Counted from the first letter of the stretch, positions 41,286 to 51,421 are shown. The stretch is 64,000 nucleotides of DNA from Phormidium sp. (GCA_051013385.1 CP143273.1:448001-512000); one strand, 5' to 3'. The notes: generated by a model from the letters alone, not told the origin. Numbers and translations: made by a program.

Positions 41286-42965
41286 ATGTTTGATACCTTT
41301 ACTCCTGAAACTAATTTACTCAACACATTACCTTCAGATTTAGAAAAAGGAATCAACAATCCATTGACAACTGAGCCTTTTTTCACTAATGTTCCAAGTG
41401 AATTTAGTCGCAGTTCTGGTTATGCTCTTAACTACTTATTGGAGCAATTCCCAAATCTTCAAATTGGTAAAGCTATCACAAATTATCTAAATTTCAATGA
41501 GCCAGAATTTGCTGATTCTTTCTCTTATAATTGGACTGAAAGTGACGCTGATCGAGTAGATGTTTTAACTGGAGCTTCGCCAAATAGTCAGAATGCTAAT
41601 ACTAACATTAGCCTTGCAGCTACTAATGATAAGTTAAACTCGAATTCTCCACAGGATTTTGCCCCAACTATTTCAATTGTACCCGGAACTTTAAGGGCCG
41701 ATCGCTTTTCCACAAATCCTGACACTAATCTGACAGTTGTTTCGGGAAATGGTAATGTTGATTTTGGCACGGGAGCTAAAGATACTCTCGATCTTTCCCA
41801 GATTTTTTCTAACACAGTCAAGTTTAATTTCACTTATGCCGATCGCGGGGGAGTAGTTTTTAATCCGGGAAATGGCGATCGCCTATTTGATGCGATAACT
41901 TTAAATAATAATAACCTTATTCTCTTTGAAGGAATTGATGCTATTCAATTCGCTGATGGCTTATTAAACTTATCAGTAACAACCAACGATCCTTTATTCA
42001 ATCAACAGTGGAACCTTCACATGATGGGAGTGCAGAATGCTTGGCGCTTTAGCACAGGTTCTAATCAAGTTTTAATCGGAGTTCAAGATACAGGATTGGG
42101 AACTAGTTGGTTTGGTAATTTTCACCCCGATTTAAAAAATGCGATCGGCTATAGTGATAACATTAGGGATGACTTTAGTGATAGCTATACCTCTCATGGT
42201 ACTGCGGTTCAAAGCATCATTTCTGCCACCAGTAATAATGGTATTGGCATGAGTGGTATTAATTGGAATTCTGAGGTAATTAACATCGATGTTTTAGGCC
42301 AAGATCTAAACGATCAATCTTTAGTTGAAGCCACCAAAAATATGATTAATACAGCTAACAGCAAAGGTCAACGTTTAGTGATTAATATGAGCTTGGGATA
42401 TAGTGATACATTTGGGCAAAATTACGATCTTGAATTAGAACAAGTAGTGGCTAATAACCCAAATGTTTTGTTTGTGATAGCAGCGGGAAATGATGGTAAT
42501 TTAGGTATACCAGGAATTTCTTCTCCGGCAGTATTAGCACAGCAATATGATAATGTAATTGCTGTTGGTGCTTCTTGGGGAACTAAAAATGAATATGGTT
42601 TCTTAAGAAATCCTGGTCAACGCATTGAATACGCCTACAGATGGGGTTCTCAGTATGGTGAGGGATTGACTTTAATGGGAGCATCGGAAGTGGTGAGCAC
42701 TCGTGCTACTGACTTAATATGGGGAGCATATTTTAATTATGAAACAAGTTTTAATGGTACGTCAGCAGCTACACCAAATGTCACTGGAGTTGCTTCTTTA
42801 GTTTGGAGTGCTAACCCAAATTTAACTGCTTCTAATATTAAACAAATTCTCTCAGAAACAGCTTACGATTTGGGTAGCCCTGGTTACGATATTTACTATG
42901 GTCATGGATTTGTGAATGCTGATGCAGCGGTGAGAAAAGCTCTCGTTAGCACACCAAGAAGTTAA
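41286..42965 (+). CDS. S8 (subtilisin-like) serine peptidase
   Basis: Catalytic triad motifs VQDTG, SHGT and GTSAATP; AAGND oxyanion motif. Confidence 0.92.
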   Translation: MFDTFTPETNLLNTLPSDLEKGINNPLTTEPFFTNVPSEFSRSSGYALNYLLEQFPNLQIGKAITNYLNFNEPEFADSFSYNWTESDADRVDVLTGASPNSQNANTNISLAATNDKLNSNSPQDFAPTISIVPGTLRADRFSTNPDTNLTVVSGNGNVDFGTGAKDTLDLSQIFSNTVKFNFTYADRGGVVFNPGNGDRLFDAITLNNNNLILFEGIDAIQFADGLLNLSVTTNDPLFNQQWNLHMMGVQNAWRFSTGSNQVLIGVQDTGLGTSWFGNFHPDLKNAIGYSDNIRDDFSDSYTSHGTAVQSIISATSNNGIGMSGINWNSEVINIDVLGQDLNDQSLVEATKNMINTANSKGQRLVINMSLGYSDTFGQNYDLELEQVVANNPNVLFVIAAGNDGNLGIPGISSPAVLAQQYDNVIAVGASWGTKNEYGFLRNPGQRIEYAYRWGSQYGEGLTLMGASEVVSTRATDLIWGAYFNYETSFNGTSAATPNVTGVASLVWSANPNLTASNIKQILSETAYDLGSPGYDIYYGHGFVNADAAVRKALVSTPRS

Positions 42966-43184
42966 GGCTAACTACAAGATAGACAGCTTGTTTAAATTAG
43001 CTGATGTAGTTTTCGGAAATCACAATTGCAGATTAATACAATAGCGTTTTCCTAATTAGGAAATACAGTTTACCGAAATAGCTAATTACTTAATTAGTAA
43101 TGGCGTGATATATTCAATGAACAGCCAAGTCAAATGCTAGCTCATTGTTTAGTGTAGCTATTTTGTCAAACCCATGAAGCTATT

Positions 43185-43913
43185 GTGATTACCGAATATT
43201 TATATTTACTAGGGTTTCTGGTTTATTTTATGAGTTTATTGTCGTTTATTGCTTTTCATCACAACACTGAACGAGCTTGGCAATGGTGGTCGCAAAGGCA
43301 GTCAAAGCATCTTTTTCATGAAGCTGAAAGGATTCGTAATGGTTTATTACAAGACTCTTGTGCTATGCGGAGAATGTTAGAGTCATTAGTCATAAATGAA
43401 GGAAATATTTCTCCTGAACTTAGCCAAGATTACTTAGGAAAAATCGAAAAAATTTACCGTTCATTGGAGGAATTGAGCGATCGCTTAGCGCCCATGAACT
43501 CCGAATATAGTTTACCTTTAGGAATTGAGAGTTTAGCTGCTCTGTGGTGCCAAAAAAATACCCATCTCAAAATTAGCTTAGAAATTCCTACTGATTGGAG
43601 GCAAGAATCTCCAGAACTTAGTCTCGTAATTTTGCAAATTATAGATGAGCTTCTCCAAATCAATTTACTAAATGAGTTGACCAAAAGAGATGTTTCTATT
43701 AATCTGAAATTAGAAAAAACCATTGCTCAACTAACTGTTGGTATTTCTTATAGTGACAAAGCAACTCTTAACTTCTATGCTAAGTCGTCAAACCTAGATT
43801 ACCTGAGCAAGACTTTTAAAGTTTTAACATCGGGAAAATGTTACCGTCGGCAAAAAGACTTGACTGAAATTTGGTATTTTCAATGGGGTGAGTCAGTGAA
43901 GCGAGGAAACTAA
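43185..43913 (+). CDS. Degenerate histidine-kinase-like protein
   Basis: N-terminal TM, EAERIRNGLLQ (HisKA_3-like helix lacking the His; compare IHNGPLQ in the CHASE2 protein) and an eroded HATPase-like C-terminus. Confidence 0.6.
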   Translation: MITEYLYLLGFLVYFMSLLSFIAFHHNTERAWQWWSQRQSKHLFHEAERIRNGLLQDSCAMRRMLESLVINEGNISPELSQDYLGKIEKIYRSLEELSDRLAPMNSEYSLPLGIESLAALWCQKNTHLKISLEIPTDWRQESPELSLVILQIIDELLQINLLNELTKRDVSINLKLEKTIAQLTVGISYSDKATLNFYAKSSNLDYLSKTFKVLTSGKCYRRQKDLTEIWYFQWGESVKRGN

Positions 43914-44046
43914 AGCTTTTGTAGGGGGTGAGATTTATATTTCATAAGCAGCAATAGAGTTGGATCTGGAACTTTGTTAGTAATTTTGCCTAAAATACAA
44001 TAAAATAATTTTAATATTTCAACAATAATCTACGACAGGATTGATT

Positions 44047-44724
44047 ATGATTCAAAAAACGCTAGAAGAGGAAAAGTGGAAATTTCTGGTAATCGATGAC
44101 CATGAATTAGTAATAGGTGGCACTATTGATATATTGGAAAAGCATTATCCTAATACAGAAATTGTTACAGCACAAACTGCCCAAGATACTTTAAAACAAA
44201 TAAAAAACTTTTCTCCAGAGGTCATAATTATGGATCTGTCAATTCCTGAACAAACTGGAGAAATGGCTCGAGCAGAGGTAGGGCTTCAGTTATTGAAAAA
44301 TTTAATGAAGAAATATCCAGAAATTAATTTTGTGGTACAAAGCGCCCATGCAAGAACATTAGTGCGTATTAAACAGGAAATTGATAGTCATAAAGGGGGA
44401 TTTACAGTAGCAGATAAAAGCCTTTCTAGACAAGAGATGTTGACCAGGGTAAACTGGGCTTTACAAGGATTAACTCATACCAAAGATATTAAAAGTATTC
44501 AAGTTATATTAGAATTTAAACCAGAGTGGTTAAAAGTTTTAGAATTGGCATTTCAAGAAGGATTACAAGATAAGGCAATTGCCGATCGCCTAAACGTATC
44601 CGAACGCATGGTAAGACATTATTGGAATAAAGTTCAAGATGCTTTAAATGTTTATCCTGAAGAAGGTAAAAATATTCGCATTCAAACCGAAATGCGAGCT
44701 AGAGAAGAAGGTTTAATTGATTGA
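44047..44724 (+). CDS. NarL/FixJ-family response regulator transcription factor
   Basis: IDDH and IMDLSIP receiver motifs; C-terminal HTH LQDKAIADRLNVSERMVRHY. Confidence 0.9.
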   Translation: MIQKTLEEEKWKFLVIDDHELVIGGTIDILEKHYPNTEIVTAQTAQDTLKQIKNFSPEVIIMDLSIPEQTGEMARAEVGLQLLKNLMKKYPEINFVVQSAHARTLVRIKQEIDSHKGGFTVADKSLSRQEMLTRVNWALQGLTHTKDIKSIQVILEFKPEWLKVLELAFQEGLQDKAIADRLNVSERMVRHYWNKVQDALNVYPEEGKNIRIQTEMRAREEGLID

Positions 44725-44746
44725 AATTCAAGGAAATTAAACAACT

Positions 44747-46630
44747 GTGCAAGAGAATATTCTGCAAGGAATTCAAGAACAATTAAGGATTTGGCGGACT
44801 GGGACAATCCCAGGAATAATAGTAATTGTCATAGTAATTATTGCTCGTTCGCTTGGTTATTTGCAATCTTTGGAATTAGCAGTTTTTGATAGATTTCTCC
44901 GGTTACGTCCTCCCGAATCTATCGATCGACGAATCACTATTATTGGAATTGATGAAGAAGATATCCGAACTGTAAGAACTTATCCCATTCCCGATCGCGA
45001 AATTGCTCAATTAATTAACAAATTGCAGCAATATAAACCGAAAGTAATCGGTCTTGATATTATCAGAGATTTGCCAGTAGAACCAGGTCATAGTTCCTTA
45101 GTTACCACATTTAACAATACTAAAAATTTAATTGGCATAGAAAAAGTGTTACCTGCTGAATACGCACCTCCACCAACATTACCTACTAAACAAGTTGGTT
45201 TTGTAGATGCTATTTTAGATTATGATGGTAATTTAAGACGTAGTTTATTAGCAACTCCGACTCCTAAAGGATATAAATTTTCTCTGTCTTTGAAATTAGC
45301 TGAAACTTATTTAGCCAGCCAAGGTATTAAACTGGAAAACGGGATTAAAGACTCGGAAACTATGAGATTTGGTTCCACTGAATTACCTCGATTTTTATCA
45401 AAAACTGGAGGATATGTAAAAGTAGATAGTGGCGGAATTCAAATATTACTTAACTTTCGGAGTGGGGAAAAAAGATTTAGAAGGATATCGTTGAATCAGC
45501 TAAAAAAGGGAGAATATGATCCTCAGTGGTTACGCGATCGCATTATCATTATTGGTCTAACCGCTCCTAGCATTAAAGATAACATAAATACCGCAGCAAT
45601 TCGCAGTACAGACCCGGCACCGGGAGTAGTTTACGGAGTAGAAATTCAAGCTCATGCAGTTAGTCAAATTGTTAGTGCAGTGTTGGACAAACGACCGCTT
45701 TTACATAGTTGGTCAGAAGAATGGGAATATTTATGGATTTTGTTTTGGGGAATAGTGGGAATTAGTTTGGGAAAAATAACTCAATCTCCGGGAAAAAATA
45801 TTGTAATTGTTGGCGTAGCTAGTATTATTTTATTAGGAATTGCTTATTTCTGCATAATTTTTGGTTGGTGGATACCAGTATTGCCAGCAATGATACTACT
45901 AGTGGTAAATGGTGTAGTCCTGACTGCTTTTTATCAGTATGACTGCGCTTTGAGGGCAAGAATTAGCGATCGGCAAATGTTAATCGAGCGCACATTTGAT
46001 ACTATACATAATGGGCCATTACAAAAATTAGCTGCAATCCTGAGAGATTTGCAAGAGCAAAATTTACCGCAGCAGCAACAGTTAATCAAAGACCTAAAAT
46101 ATGTTAATTCTGAACTGCGAGCAATTTATGAATTCATGCAGAAAGAAACAGTAATTCAAGCGGATAATCTTTACTTAGAAAGGAGATTAGAAATTAACTT
46201 ACAAGCTCCCATACATGAGCTTTTGTATCAAGTATATATTCACACATTAGAGCGAAATTTACCTTACTTTCAAACTTTGAGAATTAAAGTTTATTCTTTT
46301 GTACCTATTGATAACGAACAATTAAGCATTGAACAAAAACAAGGACTGTGCCGCTTTTTAGAAGAAGCATTGTGCAATGTGGGAAAACACGCGATCGGAG
46401 TAACTCGTCTTAGCGTTACTTGCACTGAAGAAGAAAATTGGTACACTCTGAGTATTGTGGATAATGGACAAGGTATTAACTCATCATCTGAAGGTCGAGG
46501 AACGCAACAGTTTAAGAATTTAGCCCGACAACTTAAAGGTAAATTTACCCGAAAAGCTTTAGCAAAAAAGGGAACTGTTTGTGAAATAACTTGGCCTGTT
46601 AAAAAGAAGTATTGGTGGAAATTTTGGTAG
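44747..46630 (+). CDS. CHASE2-domain sensor histidine kinase
   Basis: CHASE2 (IGIDEEDI, IGLDIIRD, GVEIQAH), three TMs, IHNGPLQ H-box, EALCNVGKHA and DNGQG. Confidence 0.9.
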   Translation: MQENILQGIQEQLRIWRTGTIPGIIVIVIVIIARSLGYLQSLELAVFDRFLRLRPPESIDRRITIIGIDEEDIRTVRTYPIPDREIAQLINKLQQYKPKVIGLDIIRDLPVEPGHSSLVTTFNNTKNLIGIEKVLPAEYAPPPTLPTKQVGFVDAILDYDGNLRRSLLATPTPKGYKFSLSLKLAETYLASQGIKLENGIKDSETMRFGSTELPRFLSKTGGYVKVDSGGIQILLNFRSGEKRFRRISLNQLKKGEYDPQWLRDRIIIIGLTAPSIKDNINTAAIRSTDPAPGVVYGVEIQAHAVSQIVSAVLDKRPLLHSWSEEWEYLWILFWGIVGISLGKITQSPGKNIVIVGVASIILLGIAYFCIIFGWWIPVLPAMILLVVNGVVLTAFYQYDCALRARISDRQMLIERTFDTIHNGPLQKLAAILRDLQEQNLPQQQQLIKDLKYVNSELRAIYEFMQKETVIQADNLYLERRLEINLQAPIHELLYQVYIHTLERNLPYFQTLRIKVYSFVPIDNEQLSIEQKQGLCRFLEEALCNVGKHAIGVTRLSVTCTEEENWYTLSIVDNGQGINSSSEGRGTQQFKNLARQLKGKFTRKALAKKGTVCEITWPVKKKYWWKFW

Positions 46631-46691
46631 TTTTATTTGGGATTGATAGTAAAAAACTCCTATTTGATATTAAGCAAGAATACTACTGCCC

Positions 46692-46815
46692 CAATACCGA
46701 TCGGGTTTTGAGTAGGGGCGAAGCATTCGGGCAACAATTTATGACTCAAACCCTAGATTTTCTGCCCGAATGCTTCGCCCCTACAAAGGGGAAAATCGTT
46801 AACCGAGCAGTATTG
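46692..46815. mobile_element. MITE, second copy of the 5807-5931 family, 10-bp TSD
   Basis: CAATACCGATCGG ... CCGAGCAGTATTG flanked by ACTACTGCCC at 46682-46691 and 46816-46825. Confidence 0.85.
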
Positions 46816-46854
46816 ACTACTGCCCTAGTATCTTAGCTAGGGCATTAATTTAGT

Positions 46855-47271
46855 TTATTGCTGTGAGCAAAGTTCTTTGTAGATTACATCAGGATCAATT
46901 GCTAGTAGATTGGGATTCTTGGAAACATGAATCGCAGAACCATTTTTAAGTACTATAAGTGGCGGTTGGGTTGCCTTTGGGTTGTAGGCAGATGTGTTGC
47001 TTGTGCGATCGCCATAAGGTGATAATCGATTCCAAATCGAAGGAATTACCGAATCTGAACCATTGGCCCTTCGTGAACGGCAGATACTATCAGCCAAAGA
47101 CTTGTCACTCGATACCAGTCCCAAGTCTTTACGACCGAAGCCAACCAATCTGGCTCGCCCGTCTATGTTGCGTAGGAACAGAAAGTTGTTAGAAGGCTCT
47201 TGAGCGTTAGCAACCGTAGCAGTCAAGCTAATCAAAGCAGTAATAGCAACCAATTTTCGTCTAATTCTCAT
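46855..47271 (-). CDS. Hypothetical secreted protein
   Basis: Signal peptide ending ANAQ; SIWNRLSPYG...SAYNPKATQPP segment. Confidence 0.7.
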   Translation of the reverse strand: MRIRRKLVAITALISLTATVANAQEPSNNFLFLRNIDGRARLVGFGRKDLGLVSSDKSLADSICRSRRANGSDSVIPSIWNRLSPYGDRTSNTSAYNPKATQPPLIVLKNGSAIHVSKNPNLLAIDPDVIYKELCSQQ

Positions 47272-47320
47272 TTGACTAAAACCCTATAGTTAGTAAAACC
47301 ATAAACAAATATCTCATGGG

Positions 47321-48538
47321 TTACTTTGCAGGGGTTAACCTGACTGGGTGAACTACCGCACCCTCTATCCCATTGCTAAAAGCGGTTGGGATTGCTTTTC
47401 GCATGATGTTATAAGACCCATTAACATCAGCATTAAATCGTTTTCCAGACGCAGATTTGTAGATCCCTCTTTTGACTCTTCTGCCACTGAACTTATGCTT
47501 GGTTTTATTTTCAGACGAGTAAACAGGGATTGGATCTAAATCCAGAAAAGAAGCTTGAGAAGTATATGATTCTTCCTGCTCCATAACGTAAATCCCTAAT
47601 AACTCAGCTTTGTATTTCAACATTTGGATAAACCGAGCATGGGGAACTTGTACAAAGTTTTGGTTGTTCTGCCTGCCTATATTAATTTCTTGCTTCCAGT
47701 TCTCATTCTTTCCTATTACCAACGTTCCCATCTGATTGGCATCAAGGATATTGACAATTAGGCGACTGGCTTTGTGCAAGTAATCATCTACTTTGGAATT
47801 ACGTTTGGAGCAAAGCTTCTTAAGTTGCTTGCTACTATCTTTTCCCAACTTAGACTGCATTTCGGCTTGGCGCTTATTAAAATATTGGTTAATTGATTTT
47901 AGTGGCTTGCCGTTGATCAAGAGCGGTTTTATTCCGGCTTGATTGAATGTTACTGCTGCAAGGTTATCCAATCCAATATCAATACTGGCAATCCGATAAG
48001 CATCTCTTTGTTGGTTGCTAACTTCTACCTCATAAACTACCTCCACCACATAATGATCTAATTTGGGAATTACCCTTACTTGGTTAACATGGGAAATCTT
48101 GGTTTTCACTGCAACGTCAGACTTGGAAAGTTTGACAAAACCTTCCTTTAGGGCTACTTTGCTAATGGCTTGAGATGTATAGGTAAGTAAATTTCTGCCC
48201 TTTTCCTTGTCTTTGTATTTGGGTAAACTCGGTCTACCTAAGAACTTTTTCGGGTTCTCTTTCCACTCTGCCATCGCCGCCAAGAAGCTTTGCCAATTCT
48301 TTTCTAGACTCATGAGGACTTGCTGACTTACCTTGCTTGGTAATGCTTGATAAACCTCTGTGCCTTGTAGCTGCTTTTGAATCGCTAAGTAATTGAGGTA
48401 AGTGTTTTCGTGAATAAAACTTTGGCGGACTAAGTAATTGGCGTAATTATAAAGATTCTTGGACAACCAACAAAGATTATCAATCTCTTGATAATGTGGA
48501 TGTCCTTGTTTAATTACGTGCCTCTCTACTAGCTGCAT
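47321..48538 (-). CDS. tnpB: TnpB, IS607-associated type
   Basis: MQLVERHVI start, SIDIGLDNL, QEESYTS and NADVNGSYNI; no CxxC zinc ribbon. Confidence 0.92.
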   Translation of the reverse strand: MQLVERHVIKQGHPHYQEIDNLCWLSKNLYNYANYLVRQSFIHENTYLNYLAIQKQLQGTEVYQALPSKVSQQVLMSLEKNWQSFLAAMAEWKENPKKFLGRPSLPKYKDKEKGRNLLTYTSQAISKVALKEGFVKLSKSDVAVKTKISHVNQVRVIPKLDHYVVEVVYEVEVSNQQRDAYRIASIDIGLDNLAAVTFNQAGIKPLLINGKPLKSINQYFNKRQAEMQSKLGKDSSKQLKKLCSKRNSKVDDYLHKASRLIVNILDANQMGTLVIGKNENWKQEINIGRQNNQNFVQVPHARFIQMLKYKAELLGIYVMEQEESYTSQASFLDLDPIPVYSSENKTKHKFSGRRVKRGIYKSASGKRFNADVNGSYNIMRKAIPTAFSNGIEGAVVHPVRLTPAK

Positions 48539-48807
48539 TCTTCATCCTTACTCAATTCCTGAATGATTCTTTCTGTCTTTCTTTTGGCTCGTCTTTGCCT
48601 ATCTTTGTTTTCTGATGACGAAACTCTAGCGTAAATCGCCACCTTGATTTTGTCGGTAATTATTGATTCTGTTTCTGGTGCAAAATCAACAATTACCGTT
48701 CCGCTTTCCGCTTGAGTAGCTGGGTGAGGCAGTGTACCTGCTTTCCACCAGCGCCAAGCGGTTTGATAGCTTACCCCTAAGTGTTTGGCGTAATCAGACA
48801 GTTTCAT
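48529..48807 (-). pseudogene. tnpA: IS607 serine transposase TnpA with in-frame internal deletion
   Basis: MerR-like HTH and YARVSS nucleophile motif joined directly to the C-terminal RQRRAKRKTERII; only 92 aa. Confidence 0.8.
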
Positions 48808-49036
48808 GTCTATTGATAATATTTGACTATACTTTGAGTGAAGTTTTACAATACATCTCCGTTTATCTGCGACTTCGGCGTGAGCTCAGTCTCACGCTCA
48901 GTCGAGCCGTTTATCGGCTTACCCTACGGGAAGGCTAATTGCTATGCGCTAACGCGCACGCTACGCTAACGCCTACATCTGCGGTTAAAAACAACTTTTT
49001 GGCTTTTTCCCACAGACTTAAATAAATTCTTCGCCT

Positions 49037-50452
49037 TTACTTTTTGCGTCTTCCATGTTTCTCTTTAATTCGTTCAATTTGCACCTGAAATTCTGCCGCT
49101 TTTTCGGGATTAATCATCGCCACATAGTTAACAAAACCTTGAATTGAAGCGAGTAAATTTCCCGAATGCCCCCAATGTTTACCCGCAAAACCATCTTTTT
49201 CTATTTGAAACAATGTGGCGCGAAAACGTTTTAAGGTTTTTTTATCAACGTTGAGTTTAGAGTTAACTACCACTCCGGTAACATCTTGCTGATTAGTATT
49301 TCGCATGATGCGGGTTTTCTCTTCATTAATCACAAAACCTTCATGCTCAACTATTGATTCAGTACGTCTTAAAATATTACATATATGGCGGCGAAATTCC
49401 CCAGAAGTGGAAAAGGTTAAGTCATCGGCGTAGCGAGTGTAAACAAAACCCAATTTTTCTGCTGTATGTTCCAGACGGCGATCGAGCCTCCGGCACATTA
49501 TATTACTAATAGCTGGACTGGTGGGCGCACCTTGGGGTAAAAATCTTTCGCTAAGTGCAACATAGTAAGTTTTGCCATCTAATTCTACTTCAACAACTTC
49601 CGGTTCTGTGCAGATTAAACCAAAGATTGTCGCCGCAATATCTGAGTAACCTAATGATTGGAAAAGTCCTTTAACTCGCTTGTAAGAAATTGTGGGAAAG
49701 AAGTCTTTTAAATCGAAATTAATGATAACTTCTGCACCGAGATGAGGTTGGGCGTTCGTAACAATAGAATGACCTTGACGAAAGCCATGTGCGGCATTGT
49801 GCAGGGGAACTTTTTCTAGTATATTATTTAGTATCCAATGCTGGGCTTTTTTTAAGCGGGGCATGGGGGCGGAAATAAGGCGATCGCCAGTAGTTTTTTT
49901 CGGTATTTTGAATCGCACATAATGAGAAATTAGCGATGTTTTCCGGGAAAAAGCGAGAAAGCGCAATTCTCCAATACTAATTCCCATTGCATTAGCAATT
50001 TCTTGGGCGGTATTATAAGCAGGTAAATCGTAACTTTCTAATCTTTCTTGATTGTATTCAGTATCGTTTAATCCCGCAGAAACGCGATCGCCTAAATAAA
50101 CAATTTCCTGTTCTTTTCTTTGTCGCCAAGCTTCCGCCTTTTCTTGTCTTTCCCTTTCCCGGCGTTCTTTATTTTCCTGACGTTTGCGCTTTGATTCTTC
50201 TAAACGTTTTAGGTAAGCTTGTTTTTTCAGATATGTTTCATTATGCAGTTGGCGATTTTGGTGATACAGTTCACTAAGTTCTCGTTCTATTTCGCCACGT
50301 CTGCGAATTTCATCAGCTGGATCTCCTGGTATTTCCCCTTCTGCGGGCCAAAATCCCAAGCGAATCATTTCTTCTAAAATCACTTCTTCTCTGGAAGTTT
50401 GGCGGATGCGATCGTATAATTCTTGGCGAGTTCTGGGTTGTTGCTCAGTCAT
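49037..50452 (-). CDS. Retron-type reverse transcriptase (Mx162-like)
   Basis: AAHGF, retron region X NAQPH, DLKDFFP, LPQGAPTSP, YADD, region Y VTGVVVN; long charged N-terminal extension. Confidence 0.93.
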   Translation of the reverse strand: MTEQQPRTRQELYDRIRQTSREEVILEEMIRLGFWPAEGEIPGDPADEIRRRGEIERELSELYHQNRQLHNETYLKKQAYLKRLEESKRKRQENKERRERERQEKAEAWRQRKEQEIVYLGDRVSAGLNDTEYNQERLESYDLPAYNTAQEIANAMGISIGELRFLAFSRKTSLISHYVRFKIPKKTTGDRLISAPMPRLKKAQHWILNNILEKVPLHNAAHGFRQGHSIVTNAQPHLGAEVIINFDLKDFFPTISYKRVKGLFQSLGYSDIAATIFGLICTEPEVVEVELDGKTYYVALSERFLPQGAPTSPAISNIMCRRLDRRLEHTAEKLGFVYTRYADDLTFSTSGEFRRHICNILRRTESIVEHEGFVINEEKTRIMRNTNQQDVTGVVVNSKLNVDKKTLKRFRATLFQIEKDGFAGKHWGHSGNLLASIQGFVNYVAMINPEKAAEFQVQIERIKEKHGRRKK

Positions 50453-50481
50453 ATAATTTTAGCTTAATTTAGCAGATTTTT

Positions 50482-51390
50482 TTACATTTTATGTGCCAGC
50501 CACAAAGCCAAATTCCGCATATAAATATGCACATCTTCCAAAGCACGAGGTTCGGTTTTCATAGTATTTCCCGGAGGTTCATCTACAAAGCTAGGACAAC
50601 CCATATTTGCATCCCAATTGTAATCACAAAAATGGTGAAAAGTTGATTCTGCCACTGCACGTCCTAGTTGATTTCCTTCAGAATCTTTGACGCTTTCAAA
50701 AGCTACAGCTAAGTTAAATGTTCGCCCAGAAACTAAACTTTTACCCATAGCAATTACCTTGCCATTCGTTGCATCTGGCGCAACTCCTACAGCGCCTTCG
50801 TGAGGATGGGCGGGGAAAAATTCAATAGTTCCTGAAGGCGAGTTGGGATTTTTTAATAGTTCGTGAATGGGTGTAATAGGGGTAATTTTTTGATAGTCGC
50901 CGTTGCGTCCAGAGTGATAGTTAGGCCAAGAAATGTAACTAGTATAAATATCATCGACACAGCGCCGAGTTTCATCTGGATCGGGATTTTTAGTTTGGAA
51001 ATAATGGGCGACCCCAATTATCGGAATATCGCAAATAGAACAACCCAAATCTTGATGATCTCGCGTCGCTAAAATTCCCCCACCACGCTTATTAAATGCC
51101 TCAATTCCGGCAATATCTTGCTTGGTTAAACCATCACCCACATCAACAGCAAATAACCATAATTCATCAAAATCCGAATTACCCAAATTGCTGAAAACTG
51201 GGTCATTTCCTTGGGCATCAGATTCTCTGTCTCTTGCTGTTACTTGAAACAGATAATTTCCGGCTTCATCTTTGACAGAGGCGAGATAATCTGTTAATAG
51301 CGAGAAACGGGCAATACTCCAATCATCTTCAGTCGTGGGAATGGTAGTTTGCAACAGAATTTTAATTGGTTTGCTCATAACCTCTGTCAC
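50482..51390 (-). CDS. Hypothetical protein (possible class I glutamine-amidotransferase-like/ThuA-like fold)
   Basis: 302-aa ORF; FDELWLFAVD, GGGILATRDHQDLG, HPHEG and STFHHFCDYNW. Fold call is tentative. Confidence 0.65.
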   Translation of the reverse strand: MTEVMSKPIKILLQTTIPTTEDDWSIARFSLLTDYLASVKDEAGNYLFQVTARDRESDAQGNDPVFSNLGNSDFDELWLFAVDVGDGLTKQDIAGIEAFNKRGGGILATRDHQDLGCSICDIPIIGVAHYFQTKNPDPDETRRCVDDIYTSYISWPNYHSGRNGDYQKITPITPIHELLKNPNSPSGTIEFFPAHPHEGAVGVAPDATNGKVIAMGKSLVSGRTFNLAVAFESVKDSEGNQLGRAVAESTFHHFCDYNWDANMGCPSFVDEPPGNTMKTEPRALEDVHIYMRNLALWLAHKM

Positions 51391-51421
51391 TCAAGCTGAT
51401 TGAATTAAGCAAAAAATAAAA

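Larger units (their letters stand above)
47283..48860 (-). mobile_element. IS607-family element with internally deleted tnpA; ends approximate
   Basis: Overlapping serine-recombinase tnpA and tnpB; GG dinucleotides near both inferred ends. Confidence 0.7.

Noticed and set aside
49037..50452. RT as group II intron or DGR enzyme
   Set aside because: No maturase or endonuclease domain, intron ends, TR/VR pair or avd gene seen; NAxxH, VTG and an msr/msd-like RNA point to a retron
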